Source: Pseudomonadota bacterium (GTDB lineage Bacteria; UBA10199; 2-02-FULL-44-16; JBDRGF01). Taken from it: a stretch of 15,910 bases of DNA. The position numbers were made by a program, and so were the translations under genes. A model generated the notes under the pieces. It searched no databases. It saw nothing but the letters and a program-made list of their open reading frames with translations, and was not told the DNA's origin. The DNA lies in contig JBDRGF010000010.1 in NCBI GenBank assembly GCA_043818055.1, forward strand, positions 1 to 15,910, given 5' to 3'. Positions 1 through 8,362 of this stretch are shown piece after piece; within the stretch, counting starts at the first letter, position 1, and each line of letters opens with the position of its first letter.

Positions 1-1
1 C

Positions 2-151
2 CTACGCGATTTTTCGCAGATATTCGACACCACTATTCTCTATAACCCAAAGCTGGGACTAAAAATTCCAAAATCAGACTACAAAGAGATCTGGTACTTG
101 AGCCGCTCAAAGCCGATACAGAAATGGGATAAATTGGTGAGACTCAGGTAA
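2..151 (+). CDS. 3' end of a CDS running in from the left edge (hypothetical)
   Basis: Frame 2 is open from base 2 to TAA at 149-151 (LRDFSQIFDTTILYNPKLGLKIPKSDYKEIWYLSRSKPIQKWDKLVRLR*). A heptamer arm follows about 10 nt after the stop, as after other genes here. Confidence 0.55.
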   Translation, partial: LRDFSQIFDTTILYNPKLGLKIPKSDYKEIWYLSRSKPIQKWDKLVRLR

Positions 152-159
152 AAACAACA

Positions 160-176
160 GCGCATGTAGCATGTGC
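160..176. repeat. Heptamer cassette A: solo arm GC-GCATGTA-GCATGTG
   Basis: Two units identical to the arms at the other loci. No inverted partner was seen. Confidence 0.75.
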
Positions 177-328
177 TTAAAACAAAAAACAGATGTTTTG
201 AATAAGGCTTCACAAGAAACGATGTTTCACGTGACAACGGTGGAGCCCAACAGATCTATGTAGCCAATAGAAGGAAATAACATGGCTTTGCTTTGCGAAT
301 ATCTGCCTGCATCGATCTTTATTTTTGC

Positions 329-363
329 TTGACACAAAAGAGGTTATTGACATATGTTCATAA
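329..363 (+). promoter_or_regulatory. Sigma-70-type promoter with an overlapping palindromic operator
   Basis: TTGACA at 329-334 and a possible -10 TATGTT at 353-358. The imperfect palindrome TTATtgACATATGTtcATAA (344-363) overlaps the -10, 20 nt before the DUF134 start. Confidence 0.65.
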
Positions 364-383
364 CCCTTGAGAGGTAAAAATCA

Positions 384-731
384 ATGGTCAGACCACATAA
401 ATTAAGACGTGTCGGCTTAAATCCCAACTGTACTTATTTCAAACCCAGGGCAATTCCGCTCACCGAGCTTGAAGAGGTGATCATCACACAGGACGCCCTC
501 GAGGCTGTTCGCCTGGTGGATCTGGAAGGGCTGTATCAGGACGCGGCCGCTGAAAAAATGGAGGTTTCCCGCCCTACTATCGGCAGAATATTAGAACAGG
601 CTAGAAAGGCCATTGCAGACGCTTTGATAAACGGAAAGGCTATCAGGATTGAAGGGGGAAATGTAACTATCGATCAACCATGTGAACGTTCATTTAGAGG
701 CCGCAGAAGAGGTCGTGGCTGGAAAAGATAA
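384..731 (+). CDS. DUF134 (UPF0251) predicted DNA-binding HTH protein
   Basis: MVRPHKLRRV...YFKPRAIP...LEAVRLVDLEGLYQDAAAEKMEVSRPTIGRILEQARKAIADALINGKAIRIEGG is the family signature. SD GAGGT. Confidence 0.93.
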   Translation: MVRPHKLRRVGLNPNCTYFKPRAIPLTELEEVIITQDALEAVRLVDLEGLYQDAAAEKMEVSRPTIGRILEQARKAIADALINGKAIRIEGGNVTIDQPCERSFRGRRRGRGWKR

Positions 732-748
732 AACAAGAGGAGGTATTT

Positions 749-1054
749 ATGCCAGGAGGAGATGGAACAGGACCAATGGGACAGGGATCCATGACCGGAC
801 GAGGCATGGGGGTCTGTGCGGGATATTCAATCGAAGATCGTGCAAATGTTCCGCGCAGTTTTTTTGGCGCTGGTCGTGGTGGCCGACCGTCGAGGGGCGG
901 CAGAGGACGACGATATGAAAACATCGCAAGAAATTATCCAACAACCCCCAAAGATGAAAAAAGTTATGTTCAAGGTGAGATCAAAGAACTCGAAAAAGAA
1001 CTCGATGAGATGAAAAAGTACCTTACTGATCTGCAAACTGAAGAAAAGAAATGA
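749..1054 (+). CDS. DUF5320 family protein
   Basis: N-terminal MPGGDGTGPMGQGSMTGRGMGVC, Gly/Arg-rich middle and C-terminal coiled coil. SD GAGGAGG. Confidence 0.9.
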   Translation: MPGGDGTGPMGQGSMTGRGMGVCAGYSIEDRANVPRSFFGAGRGGRPSRGGRGRRYENIARNYPTTPKDEKSYVQGEIKELEKELDEMKKYLTDLQTEEKK

Positions 1055-1062
1055 GGTGACTT

Positions 1063-1425
1063 ATGAAAATTGCAATTACGGCGACAAAAAATTCGCCAGA
1101 CGCTGAGATCGATCCACGTTTCGGACGTGCGCCCTGCTTTGCCATATACGAAACAGATACTGACACAGTGAATTTTGTAAACAACGATCAAAATTTGAAC
1201 GCAAGTAGCGGCGCTGGTATTCAGGCAGCACAAAATATTTTAGCTACAGGCGCTGAGGTTGTTATAACCGGCAATTGCGGACCAAAGGCATTCAAGACGT
1301 TAAATGCTGCTAACATTAAAATAATCGTGGGTGCTTCAGGGACGATCAAGGAAGTGGTGGAAAAATATAAAAGAGGTGAATTGAAATATACCGATTCCGC
1401 AAATGTCGAAGGACATTGGGCGTAA
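1063..1425 (+). CDS. NifB/NifX family (FeMo-cofactor-binding-like) protein
   Basis: MKIAIT...DPRFGRAPCFAIY...GAGIQAAQ...VITGNCGPKAF...NVEGHW. Confidence 0.92.
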   Translation: MKIAITATKNSPDAEIDPRFGRAPCFAIYETDTDTVNFVNNDQNLNASSGAGIQAAQNILATGAEVVITGNCGPKAFKTLNAANIKIIVGASGTIKEVVEKYKRGELKYTDSANVEGHWA

Positions 1426-1451
1426 AAAAGATGCTTTTAACAGGAGGGAAT

Positions 1452-1691
1452 ATGCCAAGAGGAGATGGAACCGGACCCATGGGTAAAGGACCAGGAACGG
1501 GTAAAAATACGGGCAGAGGTCGAGTTCAGGGAGGCCAAGGCAAAGGAGGAAGAGGTTTTGGAGGCGGCAAAGCATTGGGTCCCGGCGGCGAATGTACGTG
1601 TCCAAAGTGTGGAAATAAAACCCCGCATCAAAGAGGCGTTCCATGCACGTCAATCAAATGCCCTTCATGTGGATCGGTGATGACAAGGTAG
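1452..1691 (+). CDS. DUF5320-like protein with a C-terminal Cys-rich zinc-ribbon-like domain
   Basis: Start moved to ATG 1452 after SD CAGGAGG. MPRGDGTGPMGKGPGTG...GPGGECTCPKCG...HQRGVPCTSIKCPSCGSVMTR. Confidence 0.85.
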   Translation: MPRGDGTGPMGKGPGTGKNTGRGRVQGGQGKGGRGFGGGKALGPGGECTCPKCGNKTPHQRGVPCTSIKCPSCGSVMTR

Positions 1692-1695
1692 AAAT

Positions 1696-2541
1696 ATGAA
1701 AATAGCAATTGGAAGCGGAAAGGGCGGAACGGGCAAGACTACATTATCTGTGGGATTGGCATTAGCTTTGACAGATAAAGATATATCGGTTCATCTAATT
1801 GATTGTGATGTCGAGGAACCCAATGCCCATCTTTTCTTGAAAGTTACAAATGAGAACTCAAGGTCTGTAGATGTCTTCGTTCCCGACATCGATACAAACC
1901 TTTGCACCCTCTGCGGTGAATGTGCAAAATTTTGCCAATTCAAAGCCTTAGCTGCCATTCCAAATTCAAAGATACTTATATTTAAGGAAATGTGTCATGG
2001 TTGCGGCGGTTGCGAGATTGTCTGTCCGGAAAAAGCAATAAAAGAGGTTTTTCGTGAAGTCGGAGTGATCAAAACATCACAATCAAAAAATCTGGATTTT
2101 ACATATGGAATACTAAACATCGGCGAGGCGATGGCCACGCCTGTGATCAGGGCTTTAAAAGAGATAGTCAATCCAACAAAAACAACGATCTTTGATGCAC
2201 CACCGGGAACCGCCTGTTCATTTGTGGAAACGGTGATAGATTCTGATTATTGCATATTAGTTACTGAACCTACACCATTTGGTCTCTTCGATCTCAAAAT
2301 TGCAGTTGAGGTAGTTAAAAAAATAAACATTCCCTTCGGCGTTGTTATCAACAGATCCAATATCGGCAACAAATCAGTGACAGGTTTTTGTGAAAACAAT
2401 GCCATACCGATACTGATGCAGATACCCTACGACAAAAATGTCGCCATCGCGTATTCTAAGGGAATTCCGATAACCGATGTTGATAAAAAATACGGCAGTC
2501 AGTTATTGGATATGTTCAAAACATTAAAGGCTTCGATATGA
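1696..2541 (+). CDS. MinD-superfamily P-loop ATPase with inserted 4Fe-4S ferredoxin domain (copy 1)
   Basis: SGKGGTGKTT, DCDVEEPN, CTLCGECAKFC, CHGCGGCEIVCP, DAPPGTAC, VTEPTPFGLFDL. Confidence 0.93.
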   Translation: MKIAIGSGKGGTGKTTLSVGLALALTDKDISVHLIDCDVEEPNAHLFLKVTNENSRSVDVFVPDIDTNLCTLCGECAKFCQFKALAAIPNSKILIFKEMCHGCGGCEIVCPEKAIKEVFREVGVIKTSQSKNLDFTYGILNIGEAMATPVIRALKEIVNPTKTTIFDAPPGTACSFVETVIDSDYCILVTEPTPFGLFDLKIAVEVVKKINIPFGVVINRSNIGNKSVTGFCENNAIPILMQIPYDKNVAIAYSKGIPITDVDKKYGSQLLDMFKTLKASI

Positions 2542-3401
2542 AGGAAATCGTAATAATAAGCGGAAAAGGTGGAACAGGCAAAACAAGCATAACGGCATGT
2601 TTTGCCCATCTTGCAGACAGGACAGTTCTTGCCGATTGTGATGTTGATGCGGCAGATCTACATCTGCTTTTAGAACCAAAAACAAAGGAAAGCGGTGAAT
2701 TCAAGGCAGGCAGGGTAGCAATTATTGATAAGAAAAACTGCACACTATGTGGAGAATGTTCTATTCGTTGTCGATTTGGAGCAATAAAAACAAAGGATGA
2801 TTTTTACTATGTTGACAATATATCCTGTGAAGGGTGCAAAGTCTGTGAAATTGTCTGCCCTTCTAATGCGATAAGACTCGAAGAAAAAATAAGCGGAGAT
2901 TGGTATATTGCCAACTCTAAAAAACATCCATTCATCTATGCGTATTTAAGGCCGGGAGAAGAAAACTCAGGAAAACTGGTCTCCCTGGTCAGGAGTAAGG
3001 CTAGGGATTATGCCAAAGATAATAATATAGAGATGATAATTATAGATGGTCCTCCCGGGATCGGCTGTCCTGTTATTGCGTCTGTAGGAGGTGTAAATCT
3101 TGCATTGATCGTAACGGAGCCTACACAATCAGGGCTACATGATCTAAAAAGAATATTTGAATTGACAGAACATTTCAAGATCGCAACATGTATCTGTATT
3201 AATAAATTTGACCTGAACCTAGACGTGACAAAAGATATTGAAAAATTCTGTATGGCAAAGAACGTGAATGTGGTTGGAAGAATTCCTTATGATGTGAGCG
3301 TTACCAAAGCAATGCTGCAAGGCTTAAGCATTGTCGAATATGCTGAAACACCAGTTTCGGAAGAAATAAGAAGAATGTGGAAACGGTTATGTAATTACTA
3401 A
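2538..3401 (+). CDS. MinD-superfamily P-loop ATPase with inserted 4Fe-4S ferredoxin domain (copy 2)
   Basis: SGKGGTGKTS, DCDVDAADL, CTLCGECSIRC, CEGCKVCEIVCP, GEENSGKLV, DGPPGIGCPV. ATGA overlap with the previous gene. Confidence 0.93.
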   Translation: MKEIVIISGKGGTGKTSITACFAHLADRTVLADCDVDAADLHLLLEPKTKESGEFKAGRVAIIDKKNCTLCGECSIRCRFGAIKTKDDFYYVDNISCEGCKVCEIVCPSNAIRLEEKISGDWYIANSKKHPFIYAYLRPGEENSGKLVSLVRSKARDYAKDNNIEMIIIDGPPGIGCPVIASVGGVNLALIVTEPTQSGLHDLKRIFELTEHFKIATCICINKFDLNLDVTKDIEKFCMAKNVNVVGRIPYDVSVTKAMLQGLSIVEYAETPVSEEIRRMWKRLCNY

Positions 3402-3499
3402 ACACAGTTAGAAAAGTATTGAAGGGAATAAATAAAATGCCAACCATGGACGGCCCATATAGAAAATCACAAATTTTTATTTAACAAGGAGGAAAGACT

Positions 3500-3838
3500 A
3501 TGAAGATCGCGATACCGCTTGCAGATGGAAAACTGAGCATGCATTTCGGACACTGTGAGGAATTCGCACTGATCGAGGTGGACGAGCACCAGAAAAATAT
3601 TTTAGGCAGGGAAATTCTGACAGACCCACCCCATCAACCCGGTCTTTTGCCGGAATGGCTTGCTGAAAGAGGGGCAAATGTAATTATTGCCGGCGGCATG
3701 GGTTCACGGGCGCAGGGGCTTTTTGCAGAAAAGAACATAAAAGTAGTTGTAGGTGTAACAGATAGCGATCCCACAGCTATAGTGGAACATTATCTGAACG
3801 ATAAATTGAAGACGGGAAACAATGTGTGTGACCATTAA
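3500..3838 (+). CDS. NifB/NifX family protein (second copy)
   Basis: MKIAIP...HFGHCEEFAL...PPHQPGLLPEWL...IIAGGMGSRA...GNNVCDH. SD AAGGAGG. Confidence 0.92.
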   Translation: MKIAIPLADGKLSMHFGHCEEFALIEVDEHQKNILGREILTDPPHQPGLLPEWLAERGANVIIAGGMGSRAQGLFAEKNIKVVVGVTDSDPTAIVEHYLNDKLKTGNNVCDH

Positions 3839-3933
3839 ATATGGTTTAAACACAGTTTCGGTTTACAGGACAAAAAAAAGATGTCTCCGCTATTAGCAAT
3901 GGCGATACTCTTAGAAGAAGGGGGAAAACATAA

Positions 3934-4482
3934 ATGTCCATAATAATTCCAAGACATGTTTTTTTTACCAGAGGCGTCGGACGCCATAAGGAAAAACTGG
4001 CTTCATTTGAACTCGCTTTGAGATCTGCAGGAATATCACATTTTAATCTTGTGCGCGTTTCCAGCATCTTTCCACCACATTGCAAAATAATTCCAAGGCC
4101 AAAGGGGATCGGATTGCTGCGAAGCGGTGAGGTTGTTTATTGCGTGATGGCAGACAATTCATCCGACGAATCGGGCCAGCTTGTTTCCACATCGATAGGC
4201 CTTGCAGTACCAAATGATCATGATCGCTATGGCTATTTGAGCGAGCACCACACCCATGGCATGACGATGAAACAATGTGGCGACTACGCAGAGGACCTTG
4301 CCGCATCGATGCTCGCGACAACTCTGGGCTTAAGTGATGAAGATTGTTTAAACTATGATGAAAAAAAGAAACACTGGCGGATGATGAAGATGATCGTCAG
4401 AACGACAAACACCACACAGTCGGCGATTGGCAAAAACGGCCTTTGGACGACATGTGTTGCCGCAGCTGTATTTGTACCGTGA
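3934..4482 (+). CDS. pdaD: Pyruvoyl-dependent arginine decarboxylase
   Basis: SFELALRSAGISHFNLVRVSSIFPP (Ser-Ser self-cleavage site), YGYLSEHH, YAEDLAASMLATTLG, WTTCVAAAV. Confidence 0.92.
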   Translation: MSIIIPRHVFFTRGVGRHKEKLASFELALRSAGISHFNLVRVSSIFPPHCKIIPRPKGIGLLRSGEVVYCVMADNSSDESGQLVSTSIGLAVPNDHDRYGYLSEHHTHGMTMKQCGDYAEDLAASMLATTLGLSDEDCLNYDEKKKHWRMMKMIVRTTNTTQSAIGKNGLWTTCVAAAVFVP

Positions 4483-4560
4483 TACCTCTTAATATCCTTT
4501 TCATAGATTCGGGCATTGTTATCCTTATACAACTTCCTCAATATGTGATATCAAAGACCC

Positions 4561-5277
4561 ATGGCATATATTGCGATAGCAGGTGACGTTCACGGCGCTC
4601 TGGGCGCATTTTATGATCGCATTTCAAAGATGCAAAAGGCCGCGGATGCACCCATAGCAGCTGTATTTCAGGTGGGAGATTTCCAGATATATTCGAAAAA
4701 GAGCCAGATCGACAAGGCGGTGAGGAAATACGGCAAAGGGGAATTTCCACAGTGGTTTTGCGATCAAAGACCCGCACCGGTTCCCACATATGTGATCCTT
4801 GGGAATCACGACGACGCAGATCTTTATTATCAATACGCAGGCAAAGAGATCGTCCCCTCGCTTCACATCCTGAGACAGGGTGATGTAACTTCCATCGAAA
4901 CATGTGGAGTGACCTTAAATATAGGCGTACTCGGCGGCAACTATTCGTCGCGATACTTCGAATTCAAACCGTCGCAACTCCCTCGGGGCAGGAGACGGCA
5001 TTACACGAAGACCCATATTGAATCTTTAGCGGCAAAAACCCCCTTTGATATCCTCCTCACCCATGAGGCCCCTTTGGGATTCGTGTTTAAGCATGGGCAG
5101 GATATCGGCCGGCCGGAGATAAGCGGGCTGATATCGGCAACGAAGCCCAGGTTCGCATTTTTCGGTCATCACCATCGATGTTATGCCGGAATGATCGGAG
5201 ATACCAAAATCATCGGACTTCCCGATGCGAATGATGAGGGAGGAATTGCACTGTTTGAAGCGAGTGAGCTTTGTTGA
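4561..5277 (+). CDS. Calcineurin-like metallophosphoesterase, Dbr1 (debranching enzyme)-like
   Basis: GDVHG, GDFQ, GNHD, LLTHEAP and FGHHH metal-binding motifs in the expected order. Confidence 0.88.
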   Translation: MAYIAIAGDVHGALGAFYDRISKMQKAADAPIAAVFQVGDFQIYSKKSQIDKAVRKYGKGEFPQWFCDQRPAPVPTYVILGNHDDADLYYQYAGKEIVPSLHILRQGDVTSIETCGVTLNIGVLGGNYSSRYFEFKPSQLPRGRRRHYTKTHIESLAAKTPFDILLTHEAPLGFVFKHGQDIGRPEISGLISATKPRFAFFGHHHRCYAGMIGDTKIIGLPDANDEGGIALFEASELC

Positions 5278-5293
5278 GGGGGAAAATAAAATG

Positions 5294-5326
5294 AAAAAAG
5301 CCCAGGGGAAAATTCACCGGGCTTTT
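5294..5326. terminator. Probable bidirectional intrinsic terminator
   Basis: AAAAAAGCCCaGGgGAA-AA-TTCaCCGGGCTTTT hairpin with A/T tracts, between convergent genes. Confidence 0.7.
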
Positions 5327-5350
5327 GGGAAAAACATTTTAAGAACGTGC

Positions 5351-6100
5351 TTAGAAATGCCAGCCTAACATTCCCATAAGGTTAAACTGTGTCTTTGTGC
5401 CACTTTTTGTGATTTTAACACTCTGTGGGCCTGTAGTAGTTGTGATTGTTTTTGTAAAACCTTTCTGAAAGATTACGGCTTCTGTTACGTCAAGACCGAC
5501 AAAGAGCCCCTTCCAGATGAACATCTCGATGCCAGCGCCAAAACCAATGCCGCCGCCAACTGCCCCTGCCTTGTTTGCATTTGTAGGGGCATTTACAAAT
5601 ACGGCATGGCCAAGACCGCCCAATTTAACGTAGGGGATGAACTTGACCATATTCGGCTGCCATGAGGCGCGTGTAAAATACGGAAGTGTTGCTTTTGCAT
5701 AAATGCCAAAATCTAGTGCATGTTCTCTGGCATTTTCAATAAGGAATGTATTTTGTGGATAAGTATTGCCGCCATAATTTGGACTTTGTTGATTGATATT
5801 GTTAGGGTCACCAGTTTGACCTGTTGCTGTAGCATACGTGATCTGTAACATCGGACCGATCCAGTCAGCAATATCCCAGCCAAAAGCAAGGCCAAAGGAC
5901 GGGATGAATGTTCCGTCGAATTTGCGATCATAGACGCTATGCTTATCATTCGTGACCTGCATCATGCCGCCTGTGGCCAAAATGTACGGCCCTTTATGCC
6001 AGCCCTTATCCGGGAATGGAGGCGACTTGGCTTGAGCAATGCCGGAGAACATCACAGCCAGCACGAACGTCACAACAAAACCGACCAAAACTTTTTTCAT
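5351..6100 (-). CDS. Outer-membrane beta-barrel protein (putative)
   Basis: Signal peptide ending AQA, alternating amphipathic strands (PYVKLGGLG, GIGFGAGIEMFI), and a C-terminal aromatic BAM-type signal (MLGWHF). Confidence 0.75.
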   Translation of the reverse strand: MKKVLVGFVVTFVLAVMFSGIAQAKSPPFPDKGWHKGPYILATGGMMQVTNDKHSVYDRKFDGTFIPSFGLAFGWDIADWIGPMLQITYATATGQTGDPNNINQQSPNYGGNTYPQNTFLIENAREHALDFGIYAKATLPYFTRASWQPNMVKFIPYVKLGGLGHAVFVNAPTNANKAGAVGGGIGFGAGIEMFIWKGLFVGLDVTEAVIFQKGFTKTITTTTGPQSVKITKSGTKTQFNLMGMLGWHF

Positions 6101-6200
6101 ATTTCCCCCTTTTTTGGTTTAAATTTCAAAAGCTTATGCTTTGCTATCAAATAAAAAACAATTGGTCAATTTGAAAATTGTTTTCTATTTTTGAAAGATT

Positions 6201-7505
6201 TCACCTGTAAATTGGTGATATTTTTTTAATTGATGGAACAGTGAAAACGGAGAACTTAGGAGGCTGTATCCCCCTCAGATTTGTTCCGAGTGCGTCTTTT
6301 ACGACATAGCAAAAATGAGTTGGTGTGTAATCTGTAATTTCGAATTTGTTATGTTCATTAGGTGTAAATACACCTCCTATAAATTCATAAGAAACCTCCT
6401 GAGCTTGAACAATGTAATTCGAAGTTCCAATAGAATTTTCAAATTCCACCTTCCCTTTTGCAATACTGCTGCATCCTGACAATGTAGAACCTGGTGTATT
6501 ACCACTAAGAATTTCAATTTGTTTAACATTGTAAGCTCTAAATTTATTCACCAATAGTTCATATTCATATCCCGCATGCGCAACAAGTTTAGGCATAGTT
6601 TCAAGATCCACACCATCCACCTTATCAACATTCGTAATGCTCTTGCCTCCCATGTTGAGATCGCCGGTCATGGCGGTCTGGCCGGAGACGAGGTTGTTCA
6701 CTATGGTTGTGATATTGGCATCGCTAGCTGCACGCGTCGTCGCTTCATTTGTTATCGCTATTTGTAATCCTGTATCCGCAGCTATCCTGTCATCTCGCTC
6801 CTGTTTAGTCTCCAGCCTTACCGTTGAAATCGCAGCATCCAGGCTGTCCATGTTTCCCTGCAAGGTGTTCTGTCCGGCGCCGTATGCCGGCGTTGGACGA
6901 ATGCCTATCATCGTCGCCTGAACAGGGTCGCGATAGAAACTCACCATGTCGCTTTGAAATACCAGCTCCGATTTATCCTTGCCTCCTGTGATCTCATCGA
7001 TCAGTTCATCCTTTGCGTTTGCTGAGAGGTGATTGTATTCCACTGCACCTTTTGCAATAGAGCTCGCCGTCACGCCCCCTTCCATAACACCGATCGCGTA
7101 TTGCGAATAATATGAGAATGGTGCTGCACCGAAGGGATCGGGTCCATAAGCTGGATATCCCACAAATTCCACTTCTAATCTCGGATCCAACGATGGCTTT
7201 AGCACATCAGCAGGTATCCCGTTCATCTTTGCACCTGTATCCACTGAGACTCCTGCTCCGATTGAAGCAACGGTATTTCCGTTCAAAATGTTCACTGTCT
7301 GCTTCTCTGAATATAGCAGGACATTGTTGATGTCGTATATTCGAAAGATAACATCGATCGGACCGTCATCGAGAAGATTTCCTCCTCCATCCGTTACATC
7401 TGCGTTGAAATAGATGTAGGGCGGTATTGTTTCAGACGCGAAACTCACTGTTGCGATCAGCAGCATCATTGCTGCCATCAATGTTGTGATTGTTTTTCTC
7501 TTCAT
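6201..7505 (-). CDS. Secreted tail-fibre-like adhesin (putative)
   Basis: Signal peptide (SFA). N-terminal domain ...VIFRIYD...LYSEKQTVNILNG...IG, then SIAKGAV, a coiled coil ERDDRIAAD/EATTRAASD, and shaft motifs MTGDLNMGGKSITNV and VDGVDL. SD GAGGAGG. Confidence 0.65.
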   Translation of the reverse strand: MKRKTITTLMAAMMLLIATVSFASETIPPYIYFNADVTDGGGNLLDDGPIDVIFRIYDINNVLLYSEKQTVNILNGNTVASIGAGVSVDTGAKMNGIPADVLKPSLDPRLEVEFVGYPAYGPDPFGAAPFSYYSQYAIGVMEGGVTASSIAKGAVEYNHLSANAKDELIDEITGGKDKSELVFQSDMVSFYRDPVQATMIGIRPTPAYGAGQNTLQGNMDSLDAAISTVRLETKQERDDRIAADTGLQIAITNEATTRAASDANITTIVNNLVSGQTAMTGDLNMGGKSITNVDKVDGVDLETMPKLVAHAGYEYELLVNKFRAYNVKQIEILSGNTPGSTLSGCSSIAKGKVEFENSIGTSNYIVQAQEVSYEFIGGVFTPNEHNKFEITDYTPTHFCYVVKDALGTNLRGIQPPKFSVFTVPSIKKISPIYR

Positions 7506-7534
7506 TTTACCCTCCTCAGTTTAGGTTTTAAAAT

Positions 7535-7608
7535 CGCATGTAGTGGAAACCATCTTTCACTTCATGGCTGACGTGCCAGGTTGTGCGTTATATCATGCTA
7601 CATGCGCC
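7535..7608. repeat. Heptamer inverted-repeat cassette B
   Basis: CGCATGTAG (7535-7543) ... CATGCTACATGCG (7594-7606). Confidence 0.8.
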
Positions 7609-7615
7609 CTTGTTC

Positions 7616-8335
7616 TTATTTATTCGCCAATGTCTTCCCTGCTCCACCAAAACTTATCCGGGCAGGCTTTCTGTCGCCTTCTTCTACCAGTCTTACTTTC
7701 GTCTCTGAGCTATATCCCGTGACCGTGCTCTCTAATTTGAACGTATGCCATGTGTTCGAAAGTGCCGTAGGCTCATATGAAAGCTCTCCCTTATCTGCGC
7801 TCAGCGAAAAAAGAGCTGCATTGTTTTCGGGATTTGTAAGGTCTGTTTCGACGCCATCGACAACATCCTTGATTATTACCTCATCCGATAGCTCGGAGAT
7901 TATTTTTAGATTTATGCGACCGTTTTCTATAATAGAATTCGGGATCATATTCGCTACGATAGGCACGCGTTTGAGTGTTACAGAGGCATCGTTCATTTTT
8001 CCACAATGAACAGCAACCAGGCTTTCACCTCTTTTTACGATTCTATTGGAATTGTCTATAGCAAGCAGTTCGACGTGACGATCATCGCCGCATGGAATGT
8101 CACGAATCACTCCATCTTGTGTTCCATACGGAAAGACTGCTTCGATAGGCGACTCAATTCCTTCACCCGTCACTATTATCTTAAACTCTTTGATATCTGT
8201 CGTAGGCTGGGCTTTGGTATTCGTTACCTTCAGTGAAAGACCTCCGCCTCCTTCTCCACCAGTGCCGCTGCTTGTGCAACTGGAGATCAGCAGCAGCAAG
8301 CCCACTATCAAAGTTATATCTCTTTTTCTATTCAT
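7616..8335 (-). CDS. Lipoprotein, beta-rich, function unknown
   Basis: Lipobox LLISSC followed by a Gly/Ser linker. SD GAGGAGG. Confidence 0.8.
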   Translation of the reverse strand: MNRKRDITLIVGLLLLISSCTSSGTGGEGGGGLSLKVTNTKAQPTTDIKEFKIIVTGEGIESPIEAVFPYGTQDGVIRDIPCGDDRHVELLAIDNSNRIVKRGESLVAVHCGKMNDASVTLKRVPIVANMIPNSIIENGRINLKIISELSDEVIIKDVVDGVETDLTNPENNAALFSLSADKGELSYEPTALSNTWHTFKLESTVTGYSSETKVRLVEEGDRKPARISFGGAGKTLANK

Positions 8336-8362
8336 GCATCCCTCCTCGGTTTAAGTTCTAAA

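Noticed and set aside
1063..3838. Nitrogen fixation cluster
   Set aside because: Only NifB/NifX-like small domains are present. There is no nifHDK, and the ATPases are MinD-type rather than NifH.
6201..7505. Prophage tail gene
   Set aside because: The protein has a signal peptide, and no other phage genes or integrase are nearby.
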